A stretch of 64,000 bases of DNA from Patescibacteria group bacterium (GTDB lineage Bacteria; Patescibacteriota; Patescibacteriia; JBAZBY01): positions 690,060 through 754,059 of the forward strand of contig JBAZBY010000001.1 in the NCBI GenBank assembly GCA_041671225.1. The letters are read 5' to 3'. Position 1 is the stretch's first letter. Each line of letters begins with the position of its first letter. Shown one piece after another: positions 56,009-64,000 of this stretch. The notes beneath the pieces were generated by a model that saw only the letters and a list, made by a program, of their open reading frames with translations, was not told the DNA's origin and searched no databases. Made by a program: the position numbers and the translations under genes.

Positions 56009-56617
56009 ATGAAAAAAGGGACTCAAGGCTTCACACTTATTGAACTCCTCATTGTAATAGCCATCATCGGGATTCTTTCTGGTATTGGTATAACGAAGCT
56101 TAATGGCGCACAGGATAAGGCACGGGATGCAGGACGTATTCTTGATATTCGCGCGATCGTGCAAGCGCTTCAAATCTACTACAGCGACCACAATGCCTGG
56201 CCGTATGTGGATCAGACATATACGTATTCACCCGGTGTCATTATTTGCAGTCAGTCGGCGACATTTACAGAATCACGCTGCAATTCCTACAGCATCTGTT
56301 CATCGATAAATATTCATGGAGTTCCAAATAGTCTGAATTGGGTTCCATTGCTGGGGACAAAATTTGCTTCCGGTCACCCCCCAATCGATCCCATTTTTAA
56401 AGGCACTTGCCCATATGGCTTGATATCTTATGCCTACAGGTATACCGCCAATCGATCACAGCCAGTTGGAGATGGCGCTGACAGCTTCACTTTGGAATTC
56501 ACACTGGAGCGGCGTAATGATGAATCTGGTCTCGGGACTTTCGTTTCTTGCATTTCTGGTGCAAGCGAAAAGTGCGTGTATGTCATTCATGGTGATCCTG
56601 ATGGGAGTATATGGTGA
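56009..56617 (+). CDS. type IV pilin / pseudopilin
   Basis: prepilin leader + 'GFTLIELLIVIAIIGIL' N-methylation / TM helix. Confidence 0.75.
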   Translation: MKKGTQGFTLIELLIVIAIIGILSGIGITKLNGAQDKARDAGRILDIRAIVQALQIYYSDHNAWPYVDQTYTYSPGVIICSQSATFTESRCNSYSICSSINIHGVPNSLNWVPLLGTKFASGHPPIDPIFKGTCPYGLISYAYRYTANRSQPVGDGADSFTLEFTLERRNDESGLGTFVSCISGASEKCVYVIHGDPDGSIW

Positions 56618-56672
56618 TAGTATTGTATTTTAAAAGGTTCTCATCTTTGTCACTCTGCGCTATACTGCTTTC

Positions 56673-58400
56673 ATGAATACACAGCATTGGTTGGTACGGC
56701 AGGCGCCACCCGAAGAGTTTTACAAGCGTTTTCCTGAGCAGTCCCGGATCCTCACGGCACTGCTTTTTCAGCGTGGCCAAGAAACACAAGAGGCAGTTGA
56801 TGCTTTTTTAGAACCGGAATATTCGCATGATCCGCACGATCCTTTTCTTTTTCGTGATATGGAAAAGGCTGTTGCAAGAATCCTTACTGCGCTCAAAAAG
56901 AAGGAAAAGATAACCATTTACGGAGATTACGATGCAGATGGTGTTGCGGGTGCTGCGGTTCTTTTTTGTACACTTCGGGAATTTGGCATCACGCCTGATG
57001 TCTACATTCCCTACCGGATGACCGAAGGGTATGGCATGAATCTTCCGGCCATTGAAGAGATCGCAAAAGGCGGAAGTACGCTTATCATCACGAACGATCT
57101 GGGAATCACAAACGTTGAAGAAATTGCACTCGCACATGAGCGGGGAGTGGATGTCATTATTAGCGACCATCACACCGAGCCAGAGAAGTTGCCTGATGCC
57201 TATGCAATCGTGAATCCCGCAGTGAAAGCTGAAACATACCCCTTTGCGCGCCTTTCAGGCACCGGTGTTTCATATAAACTCGCAACAGCGCTTTTAAAGC
57301 GTTCAGTATATGCAAAGGACTTTCGGGAAACGCCGCTGCCCGAAGGTTGGGAGAAATGGCTTCTGGATCTGGTTGCTATTGGCACCGTAGCGGATATCAT
57401 GCCGCTTGTGGATGAGAATAGATCATTGGTGACCTTTGGACTTGCCGTTATGCGCAAGACGCGCCGAAAAGGCCTGCTTGCATTGGAAAAAACGATGCGC
57501 ACAGCGCTCCGTGACGCGAATACGCAATCTATCGGCTTTCAGATTGCGCCGCGGCTCAATTCTGCCGGCCGGCTCAAGCATGCGTCAACGGCGTTTCAAT
57601 TGCTCGTGACAGATGATGATCAGGAGGCGGCATCGCTTGCGGAAGATCTTGAGCGCACGAATCGTGAACGGCAGACGCTTACGGATTCCATGGCGCGTGA
57701 AGCGATACAGCAGATCGGCACGCCGGATGAAAAAACAAAGATCGTTTTTGCGGAAGGAGAAGGCTGGCAGCGCGGCGTTGTGGGTATTGTGGCAGGCAAG
57801 CTCGTGCATCATTATGGCCTTCCGGCGATCGTGGCAGGCAAAGACAGCGACGTGAACGGCTCTGGCCGCTCCGTTTCTGCATTCAATATGATCGAGGCAG
57901 TGCAGCAGTGCTCAGCTGGTTTAACAAAATTTGGCGGTCATCCGCAGGCATGCGGTTTCACGGCAAAGGATCAGGAAGCATACGCAACGTTCAAGCAGTG
58001 CCTCACAAAAGCAGCGGCAAAGGCGCTGACAAATGAAGATCTGCGTCCTGAATTGCACGTTGATATGGAGATAACATTTTTTGATATCACATGGGATCTC
58101 CTTGATGATCTGGAACGTCTTGAGCCATTTGGTGAAGCAAACCCGCAGCCGCGTTTTTTGATCAAAGACGTTGCTATTACAGATTTTTCAACAGTAGGCG
58201 CAGAGGGGGACCACCTGCGCATGACATTGACCCAGGGTGAGATCAGCCGCAAGACCATCGCGTTTCGCCGCGGCAAGGATGCAGAGCGCCTGACACACGG
58301 CACGCGCCTTGATATTGTTGCCGTCATCGAGAAGAATGAGTGGAATGGGATGCAGTCTCTTCAATTACGCATCGAAGATTTTATGCTGCATCAGCAATGA
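56673..58400 (+). CDS. recJ: single-stranded-DNA-specific exonuclease RecJ
   Basis: DHH motifs 'IYGDYDADGV', 'IITNDLG', 'ISDHH'; DHHA1 'GGHPQACG'. Confidence 0.9.
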   Translation: MNTQHWLVRQAPPEEFYKRFPEQSRILTALLFQRGQETQEAVDAFLEPEYSHDPHDPFLFRDMEKAVARILTALKKKEKITIYGDYDADGVAGAAVLFCTLREFGITPDVYIPYRMTEGYGMNLPAIEEIAKGGSTLIITNDLGITNVEEIALAHERGVDVIISDHHTEPEKLPDAYAIVNPAVKAETYPFARLSGTGVSYKLATALLKRSVYAKDFRETPLPEGWEKWLLDLVAIGTVADIMPLVDENRSLVTFGLAVMRKTRRKGLLALEKTMRTALRDANTQSIGFQIAPRLNSAGRLKHASTAFQLLVTDDDQEAASLAEDLERTNRERQTLTDSMAREAIQQIGTPDEKTKIVFAEGEGWQRGVVGIVAGKLVHHYGLPAIVAGKDSDVNGSGRSVSAFNMIEAVQQCSAGLTKFGGHPQACGFTAKDQEAYATFKQCLTKAAAKALTNEDLRPELHVDMEITFFDITWDLLDDLERLEPFGEANPQPRFLIKDVAITDFSTVGAEGDHLRMTLTQGEISRKTIAFRRGKDAERLTHGTRLDIVAVIEKNEWNGMQSLQLRIEDFMLHQQ

Positions 58401-58813
58401 AAACGACAAAACATATCCAGCTATGGACAGACGGTGGCTCGCGAGGCAATCCCGGACCCGCGGGGATCGGCGCGATTCTCAAGAGCCCGGACGGAACCGT
58501 GCTTGCGACGGTTTCAAAATATATTGGGGAGGATACCAATAACCAAGCAGAGTACTTTGCGATGATTGCCGCGCTTACAGAAGCAAAGAAGTTACACGCA
58601 GAAACAATTGAAGCATTCATGGATTCACAGCTTATTGTTGAACAACTGAATCGTAGGTATAAAGTGAAGCATCCTGATATTCAAAAACGATTCGTTGAAG
58701 TGTGGAATCTCATTCAAAAATTCAAGAAAGTGACGTTCACGCATGTTCCACGCGAAGAGAATAAAGAAGCCGACGCGCTGGTAAACGCTGCATTGGACGC
58801 GGTACAGGAATAA
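58397..58813 (+). CDS. rnhA: ribonuclease HI
   Basis: 'LWTDGGSRGNPGPAGIGA', 'TNNQAEYFAMIAAL', 'DSQLIV', 'HVPREENKEADALVN'; ATG overlaps the recJ stop (ATGA). Confidence 0.85.
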   Translation: MKTTKHIQLWTDGGSRGNPGPAGIGAILKSPDGTVLATVSKYIGEDTNNQAEYFAMIAALTEAKKLHAETIEAFMDSQLIVEQLNRRYKVKHPDIQKRFVEVWNLIQKFKKVTFTHVPREENKEADALVNAALDAVQE

Positions 58814-58860
58814 ACAGGAGAGCGTTGACAAAAACGCTTATTTTTCCTATGGTAATCATC

Positions 58861-59470
58861 GACGCAACTTCACAAGATGGTCGCTCCGTCTTCGCCCCCT
58901 GCTTCGCAAAGGGCTGCGACGGACAAGCCCCGTAAGCACAAAAGGGCCTGTCCGCCGTAGCTCTGAACGGAGTGAGGAGCGAAGGCGGAGAGGAAAGTCC
59001 GAACACCCCACGTGGTGCTCGCGGCACTCTAAAAATGGGAGTGCGACGAGCGTCACGTGGAAGTGGATACCACCGAAATGGTGGCAGGAGTGATCCTAGG
59101 GAAAGTGCCACAGAGACAATACCGCTCCGTCTTCGCCCCCTGCTTCGCAAAGGGCTACGACGGACAAGCCCCTGTTATTGCATCGTGCAATAGGCCTGTC
59201 CGCCGTAGCTCTGAACGGAGTGAGGAGCGAAGGCGGAGTAAGGGTGAAAAGAGTGGGGTAAGAGCCCACAGGCAGGTCTGGTAACAGATCAGCGTGGCAA
59301 ACCCTATCCGGTGCAAGATCGAATAGGCTCGCGTGCTTCATTTTGTGAGGTGCGCCGAGCGGGTAGATTGCTGGATCGCGTTGGTGACAACGCGGCAAGA
59401 GAGATGATCATCACCTGCAAACCGTGAGGAATGTAGGGACAGAATTCGGCTTATCGTGAAGTTGCGTCCC
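58861..59470 (+). ncRNA. rnpB: RNase P RNA (bacterial type A core) with two large inserted hairpins
   Basis: P1 pairing 58861-58873 (gacgcaacttcac) with 59456-59468 (gtgaagttgcgtc); P4 'GGAAAGTCCGAACAC' at 58992-59006; J11/12-P12 'TAAGGGTGAAAAGAGTGGGGTAAGAGCCCAC' at 59239-59269; P13-like 'GGTCTGGTAACAG'; 3' P4 'ACAGAATTCGGCTTAT' at 59439-59454. Confidence 0.85.
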
Positions 59471-59647
59471 CAACTCATTTCGCGCTGCGGGTTTTGCGAG
59501 CTCATCACATGAGCTCGCCTCACCCTTCGCGCGAAGCCTCGTTTCTACGCCACAAACGCGTGCTACGTGTCGCGACGCCTTTCGCTCGCTACACTCGCTC
59601 AAGGCTGCTCCTTGTGCGCACCTCGTTTGCGGGGACCCCCAGAAGCT

Positions 59648-61036
59648 ATGAAGAAATCTGAACTCATTTTTGCAGCGTTGCTTGTCGTTATTGACTGGTT
59701 GCTTATCGTGGCAGCGGGTCTGACGGCCTATGCATTACGTTATTGGACGTTTGTGCAGGACATTCGTCCGGTTATTTTTGATTTGGCATTGAGCGAGTGG
59801 GTGAATATCGTGTTGATTGTTGCGACACTGTTTATTGTCGTCTTTGCGCTATCAGGCCTGTACATTATCCGTTCGACGCGGCGCATGGTGGATGAAATAG
59901 GTCGTATCTTCTTTGCCGTTTCAACCGGCGTTCTCTTTGTTATTCTTCTGATCTTCTTTCAACGCGAGCTTTTTTCTTCTCGGTTCATCATCCTTGCTGG
60001 CTGGGTTGTTGCATTTTTCTATGTTACGATCGGCCGCACGCTTATCTATGCGTTGCAGCATGCGCTTTTTTCTCGCGGGATTGGCACGCATCGCGTGGTA
60101 CTCGTGGGGGCGGATCGCACGACGACCATTGTGCAGGAATACCTTGCACAACATCCAAAACTTGGATACCGCGTGTTCGAGCGTTTTGATGGGATTACCG
60201 ATGAGAGCCTTCGCAGGATTGATGTGCTTGCACAGGAGAATAAGATTGACGAGGTGATTCAGGCGGATGCGAGCCTGCCACGGAATGATGTCATGAAGCT
60301 CGTTGATCTCGCGAGCGATCGCCACAAGATTTTTCGCTACACCGCGGATATCATGGATGCAAAAGTATTGCGCATTGATGTGAAGACTCTCGCTGGCATT
60401 CCTATCATTGAAATTAAGCGTACCCCCCTTGATGGATGGGGGAAGATTCTTAAACAGATTTACGATTTTATTGTCGCTCTCGTTCTTCTTGCCATTCTGT
60501 CGCCGCTGTTTCTTCTTGTGGCCATTCTTATCCGCCTGGAAGGCAAGGGACCGATCTTCTTTGCGTCAAACCGCATTGGTCAAAGTGGCCGTCCTTTTTC
60601 TATGTACAAATTCCGTTCGATGGTGCCGAATGCGGAGAAACTGAAGGAGCAGCTCATGCAGCATAATGAACGGAGTGGTCCGCTTTTTAAAATGAAAAAT
60701 GATCCGCGCATTACCCGTGTTGGTCGTTTTATTCGCAAGACGAGTATCGATGAACTGCCACAGCTTTTTAATGTTCTTCGATTTGAAATGAGTCTTGTGG
60801 GGCCTCGTCCGCATGAACCAGGAGAAGTGGATAAATATGACCGCCAGCAGCGCAAATTGCTTACCATCAAGCCCGGCATTACGGGCATGGCGCAGATCTC
60901 TGGCCGTTCAGACCTTGAGTTCAATGAAGAAGTAAAGCTGGATCTCTATTATATTGAGCATTGGTCGCTCCTTCTGGATATGAGCATCCTTGCGCGGACG
61001 CCGATGGCCGTTTTGGGTTCTAAACACGCCGCGTAA
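59648..61036 (+). CDS. polyprenyl-phosphate sugar phosphotransferase (WbaP/bacterial sugar transferase family)
   Basis: 4-5 N-terminal TM helices; C-terminal '[15 protein letters not shown]', '[21 protein letters not shown]'; ATG at 59648. Confidence 0.85.
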   Translation: MKKSELIFAALLVVIDWLLIVAAGLTAYALRYWTFVQDIRPVIFDLALSEWVNIVLIVATLFIVVFALSGLYIIRSTRRMVDEIGRIFFAVSTGVLFVILLIFFQRELFSSRFIILAGWVVAFFYVTIGRTLIYALQHALFSRGIGTHRVVLVGADRTTTIVQEYLAQHPKLGYRVFERFDGITDESLRRIDVLAQENKIDEVIQADASLPRNDVMKLVDLASDRHKIFRYTADIMDAKVLRIDVKTLAGIPIIEIKRTPLDGWGKILKQIYDFIVALVLLAILSPLFLLVAILIRLEGKGPIFFASNRIGQSGRPFSMYKFRSMVPNAEKLKEQLMQHNERSGPLFKMKNDPRITRVGRFIRKTSIDELPQLFNVLRFEMSLVGPRPHEPGEVDKYDRQQRKLLTIKPGITGMAQISGRSDLEFNEEVKLDLYYIEHWSLLLDMSILARTPMAVLGSKHAA

Positions 61037-62133
61037 TGAAAGTTGCACTCGTTCATGAACATCTTGCCCAGGATGGCGGCGCCGAGCGCGTTGTGCAGGT
61101 CTTGCAGGAGATTTTTCCTGAAGCGCCGCTCTACACGCTGGTTTACGACAAGAATGATGCGAACCCGGCGTTTCGTGGCAAAGATATTCGCACCTCATTT
61201 TTACAGAAGATGCCGTTCGCAGTGCGGCATTATCAATGGTATCTCACCATGATGCCAACTGCCGTTGAGAGTTATGAGTTGGAGAAATACGATGTGGTCA
61301 TTTCTTCATCTTCTGCGTTTGCAAAGGGAATTATCACCCGTCCGGAAACACTGCATATCTGCTATTTACACTCACCAACACGATACCTCTGGAGCGATAC
61401 GCATCGGTATGTGCAGGAGCTTTCTTATAATGCCGCTATAAAAAAGGTGCTTCCGCATATATTAAATCATATTCGCATTTGGGACCGGGTGGCCGCTGAT
61501 CGTGTCGATGTTTTTATTGCAAACTCAAAAATGGTTCAGCGGCGCATAGAAAAGTATTATCGCCGCACGAGTGATGTGATTTATCCGCCAGTTGATACAT
61601 CCCGTTTTTCCCTAGCAGATTCGGTGGGGAACTATTATTTAACGGGTGGCCGTCTTGTCGCATACAAGCGTTTTGATATTGCAGTACAAGCGTTCAATAA
61701 ACTTGGCATTCCACTGAAGATTTTTGGCACGGGTCCAGAGTTGCGAAGACTACGCGCAATGGCAAAAAAGAATATCGAATTTGTCGGACGCGTAAGTGAT
61801 GAGGATTTGCCAAAGCTGTATCAAAAGGCCATTGCATTTTTGAATCCGCAAGAAGAAGATTTTGGCATTACCGTGATCGAAGCAATGGCAGCAGGTCGCC
61901 CCATCATCGCATATAATGCCGGCGGTGCAATGGAAACAGTGATCCCAAATGTCTCTGGAGTCTTTTTTGAAGACCAAATGTGGGAATCACTTGCGGATGC
62001 CGTCATTCGTTTTAAACCAGAAGAGTATGATCCGCAACAGATTCAACGACACGCACAAACCTTTAGTACGGAGACATTCAAAAAAAATATTTTGGAGTAT
62101 ATTACGCAACAACATAATCTTTTTAAAAAATAG
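61036..62133 (+). CDS. GT4 family glycosyltransferase
   Basis: GT-B fold; 'EDFGITVIEAMAAGRPIIA' (E-x7-E motif). Confidence 0.8.
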   Translation: MKVALVHEHLAQDGGAERVVQVLQEIFPEAPLYTLVYDKNDANPAFRGKDIRTSFLQKMPFAVRHYQWYLTMMPTAVESYELEKYDVVISSSSAFAKGIITRPETLHICYLHSPTRYLWSDTHRYVQELSYNAAIKKVLPHILNHIRIWDRVAADRVDVFIANSKMVQRRIEKYYRRTSDVIYPPVDTSRFSLADSVGNYYLTGGRLVAYKRFDIAVQAFNKLGIPLKIFGTGPELRRLRAMAKKNIEFVGRVSDEDLPKLYQKAIAFLNPQEEDFGITVIEAMAAGRPIIAYNAGGAMETVIPNVSGVFFEDQMWESLADAVIRFKPEEYDPQQIQRHAQTFSTETFKKNILEYITQQHNLFKK

Positions 62134-62136
62134 AAT

Positions 62137-62775
62137 ATGGAACTCAACGACTATCAACTCGTCTTTAAGCGCTTCATTGCAGCGATGATCATCATTACGG
62201 TTCTCGGCGGGCTCGCGGGGTTTCTGGTGAGTAGTATCGTACAGGATGTGGTGTATGACACTTCTATTTCCTTTGCGGTCAATCGCATAAGCCGCCAAGA
62301 TACGCCAGACTATCAATATGATGGCTATTATGCGATTCAAGCTGCGGACCTTTTTTCGCAGACAATTGTGAGTTGGTTCTCAACGCCATCAGTGCTTCTT
62401 GAAATGTACCGCAATGCGGGTATTGAGCCAGAAATCACTTCTATTGATGCATTCTCCAACAAGTTCCGCACACGGAAGTATTCTTCGCAGAATATCGTTC
62501 TTCGTTTTCATGAGGCGACCCGCGAGCGTGCGGAGCAGATCTCTCAGTCCATCATTGAAACAGCGCAGGCCCGCGTAAAGGAGCTGAACAAGACAAGCAA
62601 CCAGGAAGCGCTTTTTGATGTTGTCGCGAGTGAGCCCGTTATTGTAGAAAAGCAGCCGAACGTTATTTTTTCGACTCTTCTTGGACTTATCGCAGGATTC
62701 ATCATTGGCATGATTGTTGCGATTGGTTTGCATTATTTGCGACCACAACACGAAGCACCGCGATCCACTATCTAG
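62137..62775 (+). CDS. Wzz-like chain-length determinant / polysaccharide co-polymerase (short)
   Basis: N- and C-terminal TM helices flanking a periplasmic domain; locus context. Confidence 0.55.
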   Translation: MELNDYQLVFKRFIAAMIIITVLGGLAGFLVSSIVQDVVYDTSISFAVNRISRQDTPDYQYDGYYAIQAADLFSQTIVSWFSTPSVLLEMYRNAGIEPEITSIDAFSNKFRTRKYSSQNIVLRFHEATRERAEQISQSIIETAQARVKELNKTSNQEALFDVVASEPVIVEKQPNVIFSTLLGLIAGFIIGMIVAIGLHYLRPQHEAPRSTI

Positions 62776-62778
62776 CAT

Positions 62779-63891
62779 ATGCGCATAGGGATTGACGCTC
62801 GGTTTTTTGGCCCTATTGGCAAGGGACTCGGGCGCTATACAGAAAAACTCATCCAGTATCTGCAGGATAAGGAGGATGGGCATACCTACCGCATTTATTT
62901 GCGGCGCGAGAATATGGATGCCTTCACGCCCCGCTCGCCACGCTTTCAAAAAGTACTGGCGCCTTTTCGTTGGTATAGCCTGCAGGAACAGATTGCGTTT
63001 CCGCGCCTTTTGAATCGTGATGGCTTGGATCTCATGCATTTTCCGCACTTTAATGTGCCGTTGCTGTATCGGAAACCATTTATTGTGACAATTCATGATC
63101 TTATTCTCACGCGCTTCCCAACGAATCGCGCAACAACGCTCGGTCCGCTTCGGTATTTTGTAAAGCGCAAGGCGTATGATCTTGTGATCCGGTCCGCCCT
63201 TCACCGTTCGCAGAAGATCATCACGGTATCGCGCTATTCTAAGGATCAGATTCTGGATCATTTTCCTGAGCTTCCATCAAAAAAAATCGTCGTGACATAT
63301 GAAGGTGTGGATGATCTTGCCGCAAGTGCCACAGGCGTGATACCTGCAGCAGTGCAACAACCGTATTTTCTTTATATCGGCAATGCGTATCCGCACAAAA
63401 ATCTTGAAAAACTCCTGGAGGCAATGAAGCTTTTCAGCGAGGATGATGACGCCACAAAACTTGTTCTCGTCGGCAAGATGGATTATTTCTACACCCGCCT
63501 CGTTGACTATGCGCGTGAGCTTGATATAAGCGATCGTATCGTTTTTACGGGGTATGTTGATGATGCGACACTCTCGGCACTGTATACGCACGCGGCTGCA
63601 TACATTATTCCTTCATTGGAAGAAGGTTTTGGTTTGCCCCCGCTTGAAGCAATGATGCATAAAATACCCGTTCTTGCCGCGCAGGCTTCATGTTTGCCGG
63701 AAATTCTTGCTGATGGTGCAGAGTACATGGACCCGCATGATATATATGATATGGCAAAACATATGCGCCGCATTCTGAATGATGAAGTGCTACGCGCAAG
63801 CCTTGTGCGAAACGGGACAACAAATGTTCTTCCGCGGTATTCTTGGAATGCGATGGTGGAAGAAACACGCTCTATTTACGAACAGGCATGA
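62779..63891 (+). CDS. GT4 family glycosyltransferase
   Basis: 'EEGFGLPPLEAMMHKIPVLAA' (E-x7-E). Confidence 0.8.
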   Translation: MRIGIDARFFGPIGKGLGRYTEKLIQYLQDKEDGHTYRIYLRRENMDAFTPRSPRFQKVLAPFRWYSLQEQIAFPRLLNRDGLDLMHFPHFNVPLLYRKPFIVTIHDLILTRFPTNRATTLGPLRYFVKRKAYDLVIRSALHRSQKIITVSRYSKDQILDHFPELPSKKIVVTYEGVDDLAASATGVIPAAVQQPYFLYIGNAYPHKNLEKLLEAMKLFSEDDDATKLVLVGKMDYFYTRLVDYARELDISDRIVFTGYVDDATLSALYTHAAAYIIPSLEEGFGLPPLEAMMHKIPVLAAQASCLPEILADGAEYMDPHDIYDMAKHMRRILNDEVLRASLVRNGTTNVLPRYSWNAMVEETRSIYEQA

Positions 63892-64000
63892 GTATCCACA
63901 TCTCAAAAGGACAAAGAAAGTATATTCCCTCGGAGAATATTTTGGATTTGCGCAAACAAAGAACAGCAGAACCCTCAATACAGAAGAAGCAAAAGTACAC

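Noticed and set aside
58972-59193. 73-aa ORF inside the RNase P RNA
   Set aside because: It lies entirely within a clearly identified structured RNA gene. Arg/Gly-rich nonsense.
59496-59518. Perfect 10-bp palindrome gcgagctcat-cac-atgagctcgc after rnpB as a rho-independent terminator
   Set aside because: It is not followed by a U-tract in either orientation. It may still be a processing or protein-binding site, so it is not annotated as a terminator.
1-64000. CRISPR arrays, IS transposases, integrases, prophage genes
   Set aside because: No regularly spaced direct repeats of CRISPR size, and no transposase, integrase or phage structural motifs were seen in any of the six frames.

Overview
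This 64 kb window is a gene-dense bacterial chromosomal segment, called here as about 70 protein-coding genes plus one tRNA and the RNase P RNA. All calls were made by eye from the sequence and the ORF track, with no database searches.

The housekeeping genes recognisable from strong motifs are dnaJ, a Dus-family tRNA-dihydrouridine synthase, cysS, dnaX, ssb, recJ and rnhA. One near-contiguous operon carries an energy module: a type II NADH dehydrogenase, pgk, eno, two tandem iPGM (gpmI) paralogs, a PduL-type phosphotransacylase and acetate kinase. A two-subunit 2-oxoacid:ferredoxin oxidoreductase (korA/korB) follows in a second gene string just downstream. That content (PFOR to acetyl-P to acetate, lower glycolysis, a type IV pilin, many exported hypothetical proteins, widespread ATGA start/stop overlaps) fits a small-genome fermentative, possibly episymbiotic, bacterium. 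This is an inference, not a demonstrated lineage.

The 3' end carries an exopolysaccharide locus: a polyprenyl sugar-phosphotransferase, two GT4 glycosyltransferases and a Wzz-like protein.

Base composition is mosaic. GC-rich blocks lie at about 7.3-8.7, 21.4-24.8 and 31.4-34.1 kb. A strongly AT-rich block lies at 38.4-40.9 kb.

The accessory regions hold the unusual structure, in window order:
- A 25-nt REP-like palindromic repeat family in two intergenic regions.
- A 124-bp direct repeat that duplicates an internal piece of a vanX-like gene and brackets a methyltransferase gene.
- tRNA-Gln flanked by tRNA-derived debris.
- A promoter, iterated GCCGTCGC repeats and two copies of a 74-nt CTGGCCAG-bounded element bracketing a pair of paralogous small proteins.
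- A roughly 70-nt upstream sequence box shared by several exported-protein genes.
- Two M23 peptidases, one with a T9SS-type C-terminal sorting domain.
- Three tandem stand-alone copies of a histidine-kinase membrane sensor domain. They are followed by an AT-rich insertion encoding a FeeM-like N-acyl amino acid synthase and a membrane methyltransferase, translationally fused to a GAF histidine kinase and response regulator. This is the strongest candidate for an undescribed signalling system in the window.
- An RNase P RNA of about 610 nt that carries two near-identical copies of a roughly 110-nt hairpin at two different positions in the RNA.
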